64,000 nucleotides of DNA from Callorhinchus milii (lineage: Eukaryota). Where the stretch lies: positions 47,742,001 to 47,806,000 of the forward strand of contig NW_024704743.1 in NCBI RefSeq assembly GCF_018977255.1, in the 5' to 3' direction. Shown here one piece after another: positions 38,372 to 51,589 of the stretch (position 1 is its first letter; each line of letters opens with the position of its first letter). A model generated the notes under the pieces. That model made no database searches and was not told the origin of the DNA. It saw only the letters and a program-made list of their open reading frames with translations. Made by a program: the position numbers and the translations under genes.

Positions 38372-39825
38372 TTGAGACGGACGAATTGCATAACTTTCAT
38401 TGACTGGGAAATTTCTTAAATCCATTCATAAACAATTTTTGTTGGTTTCGGATGCCCCATTTGCTATTACACGGTTTGACGAATCCTCAGACGAGACCAG
38501 TGGAACAAAAGGTGCATTAGGTGTCTCGTAACCGGATTTGTGCAAAGTGTACTGGAAGCCCAGATATTATTGGAGCAGATTTACTTTATGATGAAAGCAA
38601 AATGGAATATGGTTAAATAATGTGATACAGGTTATTAATTCCTCCATAACCTGGTCAGTTTTCCTAAGGCTTCAAGTTCTACTGCAAACGCCAACCTGGT
38701 CTTTGCTAAATACTATGGATAATTTTTAGCCGACCTGCACAGAAGAGGCTCCCTGATAAGGTGCATGTTGAAATGCAAATCACCTTATTTGGTACACCTG
38801 ATTTGAAGATTCAACAAATTGAAGAATCCTAGGTTTGTGGGAAGCAATACTTGCTTTTGCAATATCGCAGGTGCGACAACACGTGACCGGCCTATCATGT
38901 TTAAACAGTGGCCCATAGTGTGTGAGGGAGGATCAAGAGGGTGAAGATGGGTAATGGGCGGAAATTCTCACTCCAACTCAAATTAATAGTATTGGTGAAT
39001 GAATCGGTTCAAATGTCGAGTGAATTCAGTATTGACAGTCCAAATCTCTGATTGTCCAGCTCCTTGGGATGTCCTCCCAATGTGAAAGGCGCTACACAAA
39101 TGTAATTTTGTATTGTATTCAAAATGTATAGAATCAGCAGCTGGGAAGTGCCAAACCACTTTGGTGAATTTAAATCTCATTTGAGGTTTCTTGTCTGTCC
39201 AGAACAAGCAATGATCTGTCAAACTTCTTGGATTTTGTTTAAATGTAGATCAAGGGCATTTAACAAAGCAACCTCATTTTTATAGGGCTGGCCCTTTCCA
39301 GTAGCATCAATAACAGTCTTCCAGTGGGCAAGTTCCCACAGAGGAAAGGTTAGGTCTGCATAGTGAGTTATGTTGTTGGTATTCTGCATGGACAAGAATC
39401 TGAAACGTTTCATGTTGAAAGTAGAAAAAGGGGAGGCCAATAATGATTTGCTTAATATAGCTTTGGATGTCTTCCTTTGTAGAATTGTTTCCTCATGTAT
39501 GCAAAGCTTAATAAAAGTCTCAAACGCCAGCTTAATACAAATATGGCTAAATATCAGAGATACATACCAGAGGCATTCTGGAGGCATATTGCTGGACTGC
39601 TCCACTAGCTAGCTGTTTTCAGAGTCAAACAGTGACCATTTTGATAAGGGGGTAATTTGAAATAATATACTAGCTGTATTTCTGAAGTGTTTTTTTATTA
39701 GTCCCACTTTCCAGCTCTCTCCCTCTATCCCTTAATGTTTCACTGCTCAAGAGCTTACTTTAGTTCCATCTTTTCAGGCACAAATATGTGAAGTCTAGGA
39801 AACCGGAAAGTTGTTAAGATGATAC

Positions 39826-39916
39826 CTTATAAAGCTCTTTCTCATCCTTTTCATTCTTTAGTTGCAATTCTAATTGTTCTTTTTCAGCAGTTAGTTTCCT
39901 CAGTTTGTGCTTTATG
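39826..39916 (-). CDS. TAX1BP1: TAX1BP1 exon (exon 7 eq.): (S)IKHKLRKLTAEKEQLELQLKNEKDEKELYK
   Basis: ttcttccag|C...AAG|gtatca; 91 nt, phase 2->0; EKDEKELYK conserved. Confidence 0.94.
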
Positions 39917-40633
39917 CTGGAAGAACAAAAGTTAATCCATAAAAAATCAATTTTACAAGTGAACTATTGAATATTGAAAATGCATAGCACTTCACACTTT
40001 TTTTCTTTTTTGTGTTCTGTTAACTGGAAGAGCTGTTAACTGGAAGAGTTAAAAAGAAAAATCACAGCTACTAAATGCTTACCAAGAATTTTCCACTTTT
40101 TTAACAATTTTTTTGCTTCCTTTCGTCACCTCATTTTATTCTTTATTATTTATTATTGTTGAATTATGTGCTTTAAGGTTTTCATGCATTTTTCTGTATT
40201 TTCCAATTGTCTTTGTTCTGAAAATGTTTTGCTGTTTTGTTAGTGTTACTCTTGTTTCATTCTACACTGCTTGGTGCCCATTTAATTTGATTTTATTTAC
40301 CTTCTATCCTCAGTGCGGTTAAAAATGATCTCTGCAATACATCAGAGCCCAGCAAAAACTAGCAATAGCAGCAAGAAAGATTACTTCTGCTTCTAGGCAC
40401 TTCAAAACCACTGCAAGAATCATTACATGCCTTTGGTTCAAAATGGCCTTGTTAGAAATGTAGGCTGGCGACAAAAAAGCAGAGGCAGGGGGTAGATAGA
40501 AAAAAAGGCATTAAAACAATATTCGTGGCACAAAATGATACATTGGAGTTTTATAGATCCCTAAAAATAAGGCATTTCCAAAGACTCAGGAACCCAGGAG
40601 GAAATGACAGCTATTTAAATGCCCTTTCCCTAC

Positions 40634-40782
40634 CTGTCCAATTCAGTTTCCTTTCCAATGGCATTTTGATTGGCAAACACTATGTCTTTTTCAAGTTGAA
40701 TAATTTTTGCCACAGCTTCCTCATACTTTTTCTCAATGTCTTCTTTCTGGATTTCCATTGCTTCTGAATTCTGGAAGAGATC
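40634..40782 (-). CDS. TAX1BP1: TAX1BP1 exon (exon 6 eq.): DLFQNSEAMEIQKEDIEKKYEEAVAKIIQLEKDIVFANQNAIGKETELD(S)
   Basis: ttcactag|GAT...GACAG|gtaggg; 149 nt, phase 0->2; QLExDIV and KETELD conserved. Confidence 0.93.
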
Positions 40783-43700
40783 CTAGTGAACCGAAATAAA
40801 CGTTATTGGAAATCAAAAGGCAATTTTGCTTCTGCAAACAACAACAAATTTACATTTATACAACGCCTTTCACATCTTGAGGATGGCCCACGGTGCTGGG
40901 AGATCCAAGGTCTGCACCTGAGCTGGGGATAGAAGCTGAAAGCAATGGGGGCCAAGGAGGATCGAAGTACTGGAAGAAAGACGACCAAAGGTGTAGTCAA
41001 AGAGGAAGGTTGTATGACGGACCTTGAAGAAGGTGAGTGAGGGCCAAAGAGTAAGAGAGATGGGATGACCACTCATGGCAAAGCAGGGGACAAATCAATA
41101 GATAGCAAGACAATAAATAACTCATAATTTTGAACTTCAGCAACACTTAAGTGTTTTCATTTTAACTGCTTCTTTCATACACACTTAGGTACACATACAA
41201 AATATATAATAAATACCAAAACAGCCGAACTGGAATTTATGTAAAAACTTTCCTTATAGCTCTGGGTTTAAAACCCAATGTGTAGCACAAAAGCTTAGTT
41301 GTGCATTTAGGTATAGTTAAAATAACCTCAAAACTTTTAATAGCTACAAAATGTTTTTTTTTAAAGTTTTCTAAAGACCCCTCCGATACACTCATAAGAT
41401 GCCTAAACAACACATTCTTCCTAATGTTCAAAAATTTGAAAACAAATTATTGGATGCAAAATTGAATCTGCCAACAAAAAACTGTTTTAAGAAACAAAAT
41501 GCCCTGAGAAAGGTTTCCATGTGCAGAATCAGAACCATTTACTGCTTAGCACATTGGGGCTCTACATTTTGTTTCACATCACCTATGAAAGAAAAAACAT
41601 AATTCTTTTGTCTTTAATTAATTACATTCCAGGGTCTAAAGGGTGTCTCCGTTTGTTGTAATTTTCTTCATTCTCTGGCTGCATGTCTTTGATTCTCCCC
41701 ATCTATCTGAAATGCTTCCCAATTATTTTTCCCTACTTTTCTTCCATAGTGGAGGAGCAGGTCAAGGGATACTCGTTGAGAGAAGGCGAAGTGTGATGCC
41801 AGGCTTCCTCACTTTGTGAAATTGTTCTCTCATCATTAAAGAGAATAAGGGAGCAATAGATCTACCCTGCAAATTAGCCAGTAATTTAAGTGAGCCAAAT
41901 GCCTTCTCACTATAATTCTAATTTTAACTGCAGGCTTGTTGCCCATCATTCTCTCATATGCTTCATGGATTCAGAAATATGAGACAGAGCTAAACAGCTC
42001 TAAACCCCCCAACTATACCTCTCCTTTCCCACAGAGAGGTTGTTAGCCTCTGCTCAGCAAATTAGCATGCTGGCACACTGTGATCAGCAGTTTCCTGCAT
42101 GGGGAAATCAAAAGCATTTCTACATACCACCATACAGCATCTTGTTGAAACAGTTATGAGAATTTGCTTTCAAGTAAAATGTTGCATGTGATTATAAGAT
42201 CTGGCAGAAAATAAAATTACAGTAAAACTAGCATAAGTCTTATCTTTATAAATCATATAAATGCCTAAGTCATGCATTCATCTAAGTCCTATTCAGTTTC
42301 CTATCAAAACCACTTAGTTTTCTTTGCACTAATTGTATTAATCACCTCCTAACTCGTAATGCTGCTCTCCTACCTTCCATTACTCCTGCACTTACTGGCC
42401 AACTGCATTGAATCACTGTAAACGAAGAACTTAATTTCCCGTGATTCCAATGCTTGCCAGTAAGTGCGAATGCGGCGACGAGTCAAGACACACTGAATCG
42501 CGAGAAATGTAGTCTTGATTTGCCACTTCATGCGCACTTACCAGCTGCAGTGACAAACTACCACATGTGCACTTACCAGTTGTATTGTATTGAATTACGC
42601 ATGCCAATTAATGTAGGTTACCAATTAAATTGGAGTTTGTACAAATTATAAGTTTGCAAGTTACTTGGACTTCACGCAAGTCATATCAAATGTCATGGTC
42701 TGGACTGATAAGACTTATGTGAGTTTTACTATAGAGAATAAATAATCAGCTCAATAGCATGCTTGCTTATTTTATCTTAAGAAACTCTAAGGAGGTCAAA
42801 CTCGAGTAATGGAGCTAGAAAAAACACTAACATTGTATAAACAATACGTTTAGGTGTTATTCAAACAGTAACTGGCTTCAATAATAATGTTGTAATCACA
42901 TTATCAGCCATTCTTCCTCCCTGTGGAGGAGTTGGAGATAAACAAAAATACACAAGCAAAAAAAAGCCATATAAAGTGCAACATCATTTCATTCCTCCTC
43001 AAAAAAATCTTTAAGCCGGCAAATTAAAATTATAACGTTTTCACTGCTTTCCCTGGAACCCACAAAGCAAATGGCAGCTTGTTGAAATGCACAGTATAAT
43101 ATTTTATTTTGAAAATTTAAGAAATTACTTATTTTAGTAGAAGCATAAAACCATCTCAATGTAGGTTACATATAAGCTGTAGTAAATGGCAAGTTAATGG
43201 ATTTTTGTTTAAAACAAGCTTATTCTAGGGCTCTACAATTGGCCTTTCGTGACCCTTGACTTGGTAAGAGGTAAAAAAAAGGCAGAGCTCCCACTCAAGA
43301 TTGCTATCTGACGTCAGATAAGAACAGAATTGTCTCCCTCCAAGGTCTAACAGCCTGTTGATGTTCACTGTCCAGGCTAACACACAAAAAAGCACAAGTT
43401 GGATTCAGTACCGGGATGGCGTATACTTGTGAAACCAAGAGTGAGCAACTTTAAGAGTGGAGGAAAAATTGGCAAATATTCAACAATAAACAAAATACCT
43501 AATATTTTGGACAAACAGTTTACTCACTAATAAATCAATATTGTACCAAAGTTATCAAATTACAGCTTGAAAAACAAAACAAATTTACTGTGAATTTGCA
43601 AAAAAAGGTATTGTGGTTCAGACTGAGAATAATTTCACCAGTATGATTCAGATTTTTTTTCTGACATTTGATCTGATATAGTATTTTAAAGGTATAGGTG

Positions 43701-45704
43701 TAAAATATTAAATGTACAAGAGTGGTAAAAGTATCACTTAAAAACATTATAGCAATAAATTTAAATTTATATACATATAACAGAATTCTTTTCTTTAAAT
43801 TATTTCAAAGGCAGCCAGGGAATTATATACAATGTTGCTTGACACCACAAGTGCCATTAAAAAGGATACATCATCTGTATAACATATTTACAACTGTGAA
43901 GCTGTATGCCCATCAGGAATGTGCCCTTGGATCACAAGCTGTGAAAATGATCCGAACTCTTTTGCATTTCTGGCACATCTACGAAAAAAATCTTTTTCAC
44001 CTGTGTCTAGCTGCTTTGAGCATTGGCTCAAATTTACAGCAGGAGACAGCAGCCAATACTGCCAGCATGACATTTCAAGAACTTTGCAGGGTTGATGTGG
44101 CCATTTTCTGAGAGCCTGCTTTTCTGCCCTTCCCTGGAGCTCAGCTGAAATATTGGCCTTGTTAACTCTGATGAATCACAGAGTGTCAGAGGGAGATGAA
44201 AGGTTGCAACTGCTGTATTAGGTAAGTTGACCCAAGATTTTAAAACCTGTCCTCAACTGACAGAAATTTTACTCTAACCTCCAATTACATGTCAAATAAA
44301 TACAAGTAACTGTACTGTTAGTCAAAAAAAACATTAGGTACATTCAAGCAGGCTTGATAAATTCAGATTAAAACATTCCAAATGAAACCATATTTTGTCA
44401 AATGTAAAAACCAGTATAATTTAGGGTTGGTGCCGTTTACCTACCTTGTTTATTCTTTAACCTGAAGGGATTCACACAAAACCTAGCTATTCCAGTGACA
44501 CTGAAGATCACTCCACGCAAGTTCTTGCAGCTAAACACTTCACTCACATGTCGTGCTCCCGGCAAAAACTTGCCATTATGCATATTTAATTATGGAGACC
44601 ATAAAACTAGTCATCAGACAAAAAAGGCATTTTTTGAATTACAGCACCACTGAACCTTTAAACAGAAAACTAACCAGACAGTTTACTTTTGACAATTTTT
44701 CCTCTCTCAAAAAGCAGGTTCTTGCTGGGATTATGTTTAACTTGCACTCTTCTGGTATCTCATCTCAAAGTGGTCATTGTTCACTGCAGAGGGCAGGTTA
44801 ATCAACTACGGAAAGCATCAATGTCTCTCTCCTTTGGCAATTTTCAATAGGAATGAATTTGCAGCTCAGTGTCATTCACATCTCATAATATTTCTCCCTT
44901 TTTCCCCACTTTCCCCTTTTTTCTCACACCTTTAGTGCTGAACATAATGCAACCATGCTGGAACTACATGGAACCACATTCACTTGAAAATGGTATTAAG
45001 GAGCTGGTTACACAATGAGTCTGAATTGATTTTCACTGTCTGTATTTATGCAGTGCTATAACGGTTGGAATCTATGTGCTACCAAAAAACCTTCTCAAAG
45101 TGTTTTTGGCAGCTGGCGTCTAGTGTGATTAGCTTTCAGACAGCAATGCAGGTCCCTGAATTATATTAGAGTTGTACTATGATTTGCAGTGAAAAGTATA
45201 AACATATGCAAACTAGGCAGAAAAACAAATTTTGATTCATCTAAGGGATGGAACCATTAAAGTAACTGTTGTTAAAATAATTAATTGATGTCATTAGATT
45301 ATAAACAAAGTATATATAATTGTGTGCCTCACTTAATTTTAATGCATTTCTTTCCACCTTTCAACTGGTCCCTCTCCTTTCCATTACAAACAATAACCTA
45401 GTTATAAAGCTCTTTAGCATAATTAAGGAGAACTTCAAATACTCAAACTTAAAACACCATAGAGTAGAATGACTTTTATCCTTTTTATTTACTAAGCAGA
45501 GTATCGGTGCCATTCCTATTCTGTGGTTTAACATGGCGTTTTTTTCCAGGCCAACAATCTTGATTAATTGGTCATTCACTCCATTTGCCTACAAGAGCAA
45601 TAACACTCGATAATAATTACCTGTGAAGTGCTTTGAGATATTTCATCATGATTTGGTGCTATAAAAATTAAAGTTCTTTCTGCATGAATTGATTTTACAA
45701 GATA

Positions 45705-46182
45705 CAGTCAAACCTGTCTTCAACAACCTCTCAGGGGACAGGACCAAAGTGACTTTTATATAAGGGTGGACTCTGAGTAAGGGTTCATTAATGTGCAAAC
45801 AATGACTTGTACTTATATACCCACCCCCCCGCGAAATAGTGTCCCAGAGCGCTTAACAGTGGTGGAGCCTGACTCTGAGCTGAGTGGGGGGGGTGGTGGG
45901 AGTGTGAGGATCTTGAAGTCGATCCATTCGGTGGTGGGGAGCAGGTAGAGCCTGGGCAGAACTGGTGAGATGTGGTTACGGAGTTTGGTCCGGATAAGTA
46001 TGCGGGCGGAAGAGTTTTGAATGAGCTTGATTTTTTAAATAATGGAGATGGGGAGACCGGTGAGAAGTGCGTTTGAGTAATCCAGGCGGGAGGTGATAAT
46101 CATATGCACGAATGCAAACTGGACTGTCCAGGCTGTTCCAGGGTGGTTTTTAGCAGGGTGGGTGCTTGAAAAGGTTTGACTG
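45705..46182. mobile_element. Tc1/mariner-pogo type MITE with nested L2 fragment
   Basis: TA|CAGTCAAACCT...AGGTTTGACTG|TA: 11-bp perfect TIR extending imperfectly to about 22 bp; TA target duplication. Confidence 0.8.
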
Positions 46183-46550
46183 TATTTTGGTCATATGCAG
46201 TTTTCTTTATATATTGATGCAAACTTGTAAATTAACTTATAACCTTTACACTAGAAAGACTGAAACTTATGCCACAAAAATAAATTTCCTATTGAATATG
46301 CAAGTACTGCAGTCCAGTAGTAAATACAGACAGCTCAAAGCTTAATTAGAAATGATAACAACAATCATAATCCTTGCATCTTTTCAGGTCATTCAGATGT
46401 CTCTAAGCGCTTCACAGAATATATCGTAATGTGTATTTCGTGGGTGAAACGCGGGAGCCAGTTGCGCACAGCAGTGTCCCACAAATAGTAACATTTATTT
46501 ATATGAAACCCACTGTTGGGAGATCTGTGCAAATCACTGAGAATTCATAC

Positions 46551-46709
46551 CTTGTATTCCTTTTTGATTTGCTCACACATTTCCTTCTCTTGAAAAATTT
46601 CCTTTTCAAGTTTCTCAAGGCATCCACATAATTGGGTAGTTTCCTGTTCAAGTCCAGATTTGACGTTCATCAGCTCTTCCTTTTCTTTCAGCAGCATTTC
46701 AATCTTTCT
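46551..46709 (-). CDS. TAX1BP1: TAX1BP1 exon (exon 5 eq.), coiled coil: RKIEMLLKEKEELMNVKSGLEQETTQLCGCLEKLEKEIFQEKEMCEQIKKEYK
   Basis: tttttatag|AGA...AAG|gtatga; 159 nt, phase 0->0, open frame. Confidence 0.93.
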
Positions 46710-49159
46710 CTATAAAAAGAGCAACACATTGTATCAACTTTTATTTTTAATTTCTAATCCATTTATTTATAATTCAATATTCTAAACCATAGCCATTATA
46801 AATTAATTGCAGACTTTTTACAATTTTGTTTACTCAAGTATTACACATGCGCAAAACCCATCACCATGCTTAAGAATGTCCAAATATTGAGAGTTCCAAG
46901 ACTGGAAACTACACTGGAAACTCCTGTGTTTGGAATACAGCAAGTACTCCCTCCCTGGAGAGACTCATCCTGTTTATCTCAATCTGGAGAGGATTAGGTG
47001 CCCGTCGGCAAAAGCCAAGACCTGGGGACCCCAGAGTGGTGTTGGGGTATAGCTGGAGTTTAATCAGCTAAAACCACATAGATCACCTTTGAAAGCAATG
47101 TCTGGCAAGTTTCCTGTTGCTTGTTCAGCTAGGAACACCCATTAGGGCTTGGGGAAGAATCCCTACTATTATAACAACAATAATACTTGCATTTGATATA
47201 GCACCTTATCACATCATTGAGGCATCTCAAAGTGCTTCACAGAATATATTGTAAAGTGAATTGACTGTATAGTTTTGGGGTGATAGGCTGGGCCAATGGA
47301 AAAGTGCAGAAATGTTATTTGGAAAATTGTGAAGAAATTTGGTGAGTTTTGCGGAAACTTGCGGAGTGTTGAAGAATTGGAAACATCTTGGGTGTCATAT
47401 CTGATTACAGGCATATGGCATTGGACCTTTAGCTTATACATAAAGGTTTTGACTGTTTTTTGACTGTTAGTTAGTGGGATACCAACCTGAGTATTTGTTG
47501 GTAACAAGTCAGTACTTCACTCACAGGTAGTCAAAAGTTGTGATTCAGAAGTGCAATGCCATGGGCCTGATTTCATATATATCTCCATTGAGAACAATGA
47601 GGGAATGGGTGGGAGAAGGCACAATTCCTATTGCTAAACTGACCTCAGTATCGACCTGTAATCTCCACCCTGTGGGATAATGGAAATATATTCTTTTTTT
47701 AAAAAAATCAAGATGGCCTAATGAGGAGGAAAAGTACTATCCCTCTGCTGAATTGGGATGAAATGACTAAGAACAAGTACTTAATGTGATCTGCAGTTTT
47801 GAGAAGGAGCTACTGTAGCTATTTTGATAAATACAATACTTTGCTTATTTTGGTTTATTCCTTAAAAGCCAAGTAGTTTTCTATTCCAATAAGCTGTGAA
47901 CTACAGTGAATGTCTAATAACACATTGTCCAGTATAATTTGAAAAAGTTAGAAACCAAATTCCAGTAACTGTTATAGTGGGATAAAGAGAGAAAGATATT
48001 TTGTGAGATTTTTGGATAAATTTTAGCACATAAATAAATACTTTACAATAATGGTTTGTGACAGACCAGTCGTAGCATTTAGCCACTACAAAGAGTGGGG
48101 TGTATATTTAATTTGTAGAAAACAATTGCTAAGAACCTGAGCATGAAAATATATTATAGTCGAAGTTTTGTTGCAAGTCAACTGAATGGTTCATTAGCGG
48201 AAACAAAAAAGGTCCCAAAGGGCTCATTAAAATCCAACATTTATTCCAGCATGACTCTTCGGAGCTGAATTGAGATCAAATGAGATGCTTAGAATATGTG
48301 GGAGTGACACACAAATGCATTAGCCACCCATTCACACATTTCTATTACATTATAAGCTTGTAGTTGGGGGGGGGGGGGGGGTCACCACATGTCAACCTGC
48401 CCTTTAGCAGGATGTGATCAAGAGTGGTCTGATTTCTACATTGGGATGTCACGAATCACATAAGCAGAGATTCACTGCCCAGACACAGGAAGTCGGATGG
48501 CATTTTATGCTTGAAATCAAATTGTCATATTTCAAAACTAGTCATTGCACTTCAAATCTAAACTATCATTTAAATTAGTATCTAAACTAATCAAATTATA
48601 GCACTATTGTCTTTTTCTCAAAGCAAAAACCATTACAACAGTAGTATTGAGTTAACAAAAGGGTCATCTTGAAAACTGAAAATGCACGTGAGAGCCAGCA
48701 TGAAAGCAAATTAATCAAGGTTCAGAATTAGAATTAACTACAACAAAATCTAATAATCTCAAACAATAATAGTGTAACACAAGAAGTGAATGGTTTCTCA
48801 ATGAATTACACTTCCCATGCATCTCAAAACTGATTCTCCCAAATTCACTATTTGGGTCAATCAACAAATTAAAACCTTAATCAACATTCAACTATTGCAA
48901 TCTTGAAACTGATATAATGTTAAGAAAAACACAGCTATTGCTATGGTATAATCTTGAAACAGAAATATTCTTTATACATTTGAGTGACATTTCTCATAGG
49001 TCCCAAATGATTCTAAGATCATCTAAAATTATGCAAAGCTTATGTACTACATGTGTGCATTTCCAAGAATCAGAATGCTTGCAACCTACAAACATAAATC
49101 TTGTTGATTCATTCTCATATTTTGAACGTTCATCATTAAATGTTCTTGAATTACCCTAC

Positions 49160-49347
49160 CTCAAGAAGACTAGTTTTTGTCGTCACCACCAGCATGTCCA
49201 AGTTTGCATCATCTTCCATGGTAAGAAGGTCATCTGTAGGAGATGGAGCACGGAACTGAAATGGTGTGCTTGCTCCCCGGATTTCTCCCTTGTGTGTCAC
49301 ATAGCAGAACTGATAAAATTCTCCATCGTCATTTGGAAGATAGTAGC
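49160..49347 (-). CDS. TAX1BP1: TAX1BP1 exon (exon 4 eq.), SKICH end plus non-canonical LIR: (G)YYLPNDDGEFYQFCYVTHKGEIRGASTPFQFRAPSPTDDLLTMEDDANLDMLVVTTKTSLLE
   Basis: Within ORF 49151..49384; acag|GC...GAG|gtaggg; 188 nt, phase 1->0; near-identical to the TAX1BP1 SKICH C-terminus; DMLVV LIR present. Confidence 0.97.
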
Positions 49348-51297
49348 CTGTTATGAAACATCTTAGTTTTACTATTGTGCTCAATAATAATTTGATTGTA
49401 AACTTTCACAGGTTGAAATAAAAAATTGATGAACAATGTAAATTTACAAAGTACTTAGTCCAAATACAATACAATTTACATTAATGTAGCACCTTTTATA
49501 TCGGGAGAACGTCTCAAAGCGTTTAATACCACTGGCTGGGCACCCGAGTTGAGCGATGGAGACTGAAGAAATGGGAAGGGGAGTGAGTCAGAAGGTCTAT
49601 GGGATGGAGTTCTAGAGAGTGGGGCAGAATACTTTTTGAAACTGGCCTGCCATTGCTGCTATGGTGAGGGACATGAAGCAATGAGCAAATGGAGGCAGGC
49701 GGCGGGGAGGGGGGTGAAAGGGCATAGGAAGAAAAAAAATGTTTGTTTCATTTACACCTGCGACAAATCACAAGAGAATTTAGATTTGCCAGGAATAAGT
49801 TGAATCCACGTCCATAATATGTACTACGCAAAGTCGACAGACTGAAATGAACAGATCTGAGATGTTAAATTTAAAGATTGGAAGGAGAAAATGTCATCCT
49901 TTAGCACTCTTCTGTGTCAAATTGGGACTGAGTTGTTGGAGGTCATTCCTGTTGACTGCACAATCTCCAATACTTCTACCACTGGAGGTCAACTGGAAAG
50001 ATGTTCCCATCTCAGTGAAACCTAAACGAGTTGAGTGGAAAAGGTGAAACAAATTTGCATTCTATCTTTTATTCACTCTGACACTAACTAGTCATAGCAA
50101 CTTTTTTCAGGTTATAGTGACTGGAATAGTGCACCTTTTGAACACTGAATTGGGCAGATTAAAAACAGATCTACACAGTAACACAAAGGAACAATTAGGT
50201 TATATTCTGATCAATCCATTTCTCAAGGGGCTTGCTATCAGATTCAGAAAAATATATTCCAGAAATTCTTTCCCAGAACAAAAAAATAATTGTAATCAGA
50301 TAAATAATTAATGGCAATTTATCTTACACAATTTCTGGCATCCTTTTCTGTATTGATTACATGAAAAGTTATGTGTTGTATTTGGGTGAATTTGAATTAT
50401 CACATAATATTTCCAATAAAAGGCCTTTCACCTCATTGAACCCACTCCTTCCAATGGAACAAGTTACACTGTTTCAGTATAACTTAACTATACCCACACT
50501 GACGTTACTGCAAACTTCTTTAAGACACTGGTACATTTCTAACTAGAACCCCCTTATTCATTAAACTTGCAGAGGGATCTGTGTACAAGTCAAAAGAATT
50601 ACATCCTGCCAGTGACAGATGTACTCTTCAAAATCTTCAATGGTGCTCTGTAGCCCTGGAAACCTGCCTAGTTCAGATACTGCATAACCAAATCCACCAC
50701 AGAGGAATGACTCGGCACCGCCTTCTCTTAGCCAGGATGCCACTGTGGGGACAGCTGAACCTCAATGAGACCCCGCTTTCCTCTTTCTCTCCTCCTCCCC
50801 CCCCGTCCTCCATAAAGGTCAGACACGAAGAGCTACAATTTTTAAAAACATTTAATATTTTTATTATTTGTCAAATTTTCTCCCGTTAGACAAAGTGTGA
50901 CATCCAGCATTTGCTCCAATTGGCCTTATAAAAAGTCTAAGGAATCCACCAGGAACACAGTCTAAATTTCTCTAAAGTTTGTATTGGACCAGTAACTTAC
51001 AAAATAAACAATTTCCATTTCTGATATTTGTCAAAAAACACACAGGAGAATGTTTTCAGTTAAAGGGTAATGGGCATGTGGAACAAATTACCAGTTCAGG
51101 TGGTGGAGCATGGAACTTTAAAAGGGTTTAAAAATGTGTCGAACCAAGTTTCGGGACAGTGAAAGGATTCAGGGTTACTATGAGGAGATAGATGTGAAGC
51201 AATTATTTGAAATGTTTGCTGAATAGAAAATGGACCAATGGTCCACTCCTCCCCAAAACTTTCATTACACAAACATACATTTTTGGAGTTTTCTTAC

Positions 51298-51400
51298 CTT
51301 GAAAAACAACCATACGATTAACTGAAGTTCCTTCTGCATAATTTTCAGGTACCTGAGACCACAGAAACGTATAATAATCACGAGCAGTGCTCCAGCCAAC
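51298..51400 (-). CDS. TAX1BP1: TAX1BP1 coding exon (human exon 3 equivalent), SKICH domain: VGWSTARDYYTFLWSQVPENYAEGTSVNRMVVFQ(G)
   Basis: Manual translation; gatag|GTT...CAAG|gtaaga; 103 nt, phase 0->1; VGWSTARDYYTFLWS matches TAX1BP1 SKICH as I recall it. Confidence 0.96.
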
Positions 51401-51589
51401 CTATCGACAAATAGAATTGAAAATAAATGAAGTGCTCCTATTTTGCCAGGTTTCAAATATTGAAGCTTTAAACATGTATAGTTTACTACCAAGGTACAAT
51501 TTGCACAGAGTAGTTTGCTGATTGATTATTCCACTTACGACTGTACAATCAACATAAGAGTCTTCTAAAGAAATTAACATAAATCACAT

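Noticed and set aside
40017..40048. 16-bp tandem duplication CTGTTAACTGGAAGAG x2 (similar small duplications at about 11290 and 46901)
   Set aside because: Ordinary slippage duplications; no spacer array, not CRISPR-like.
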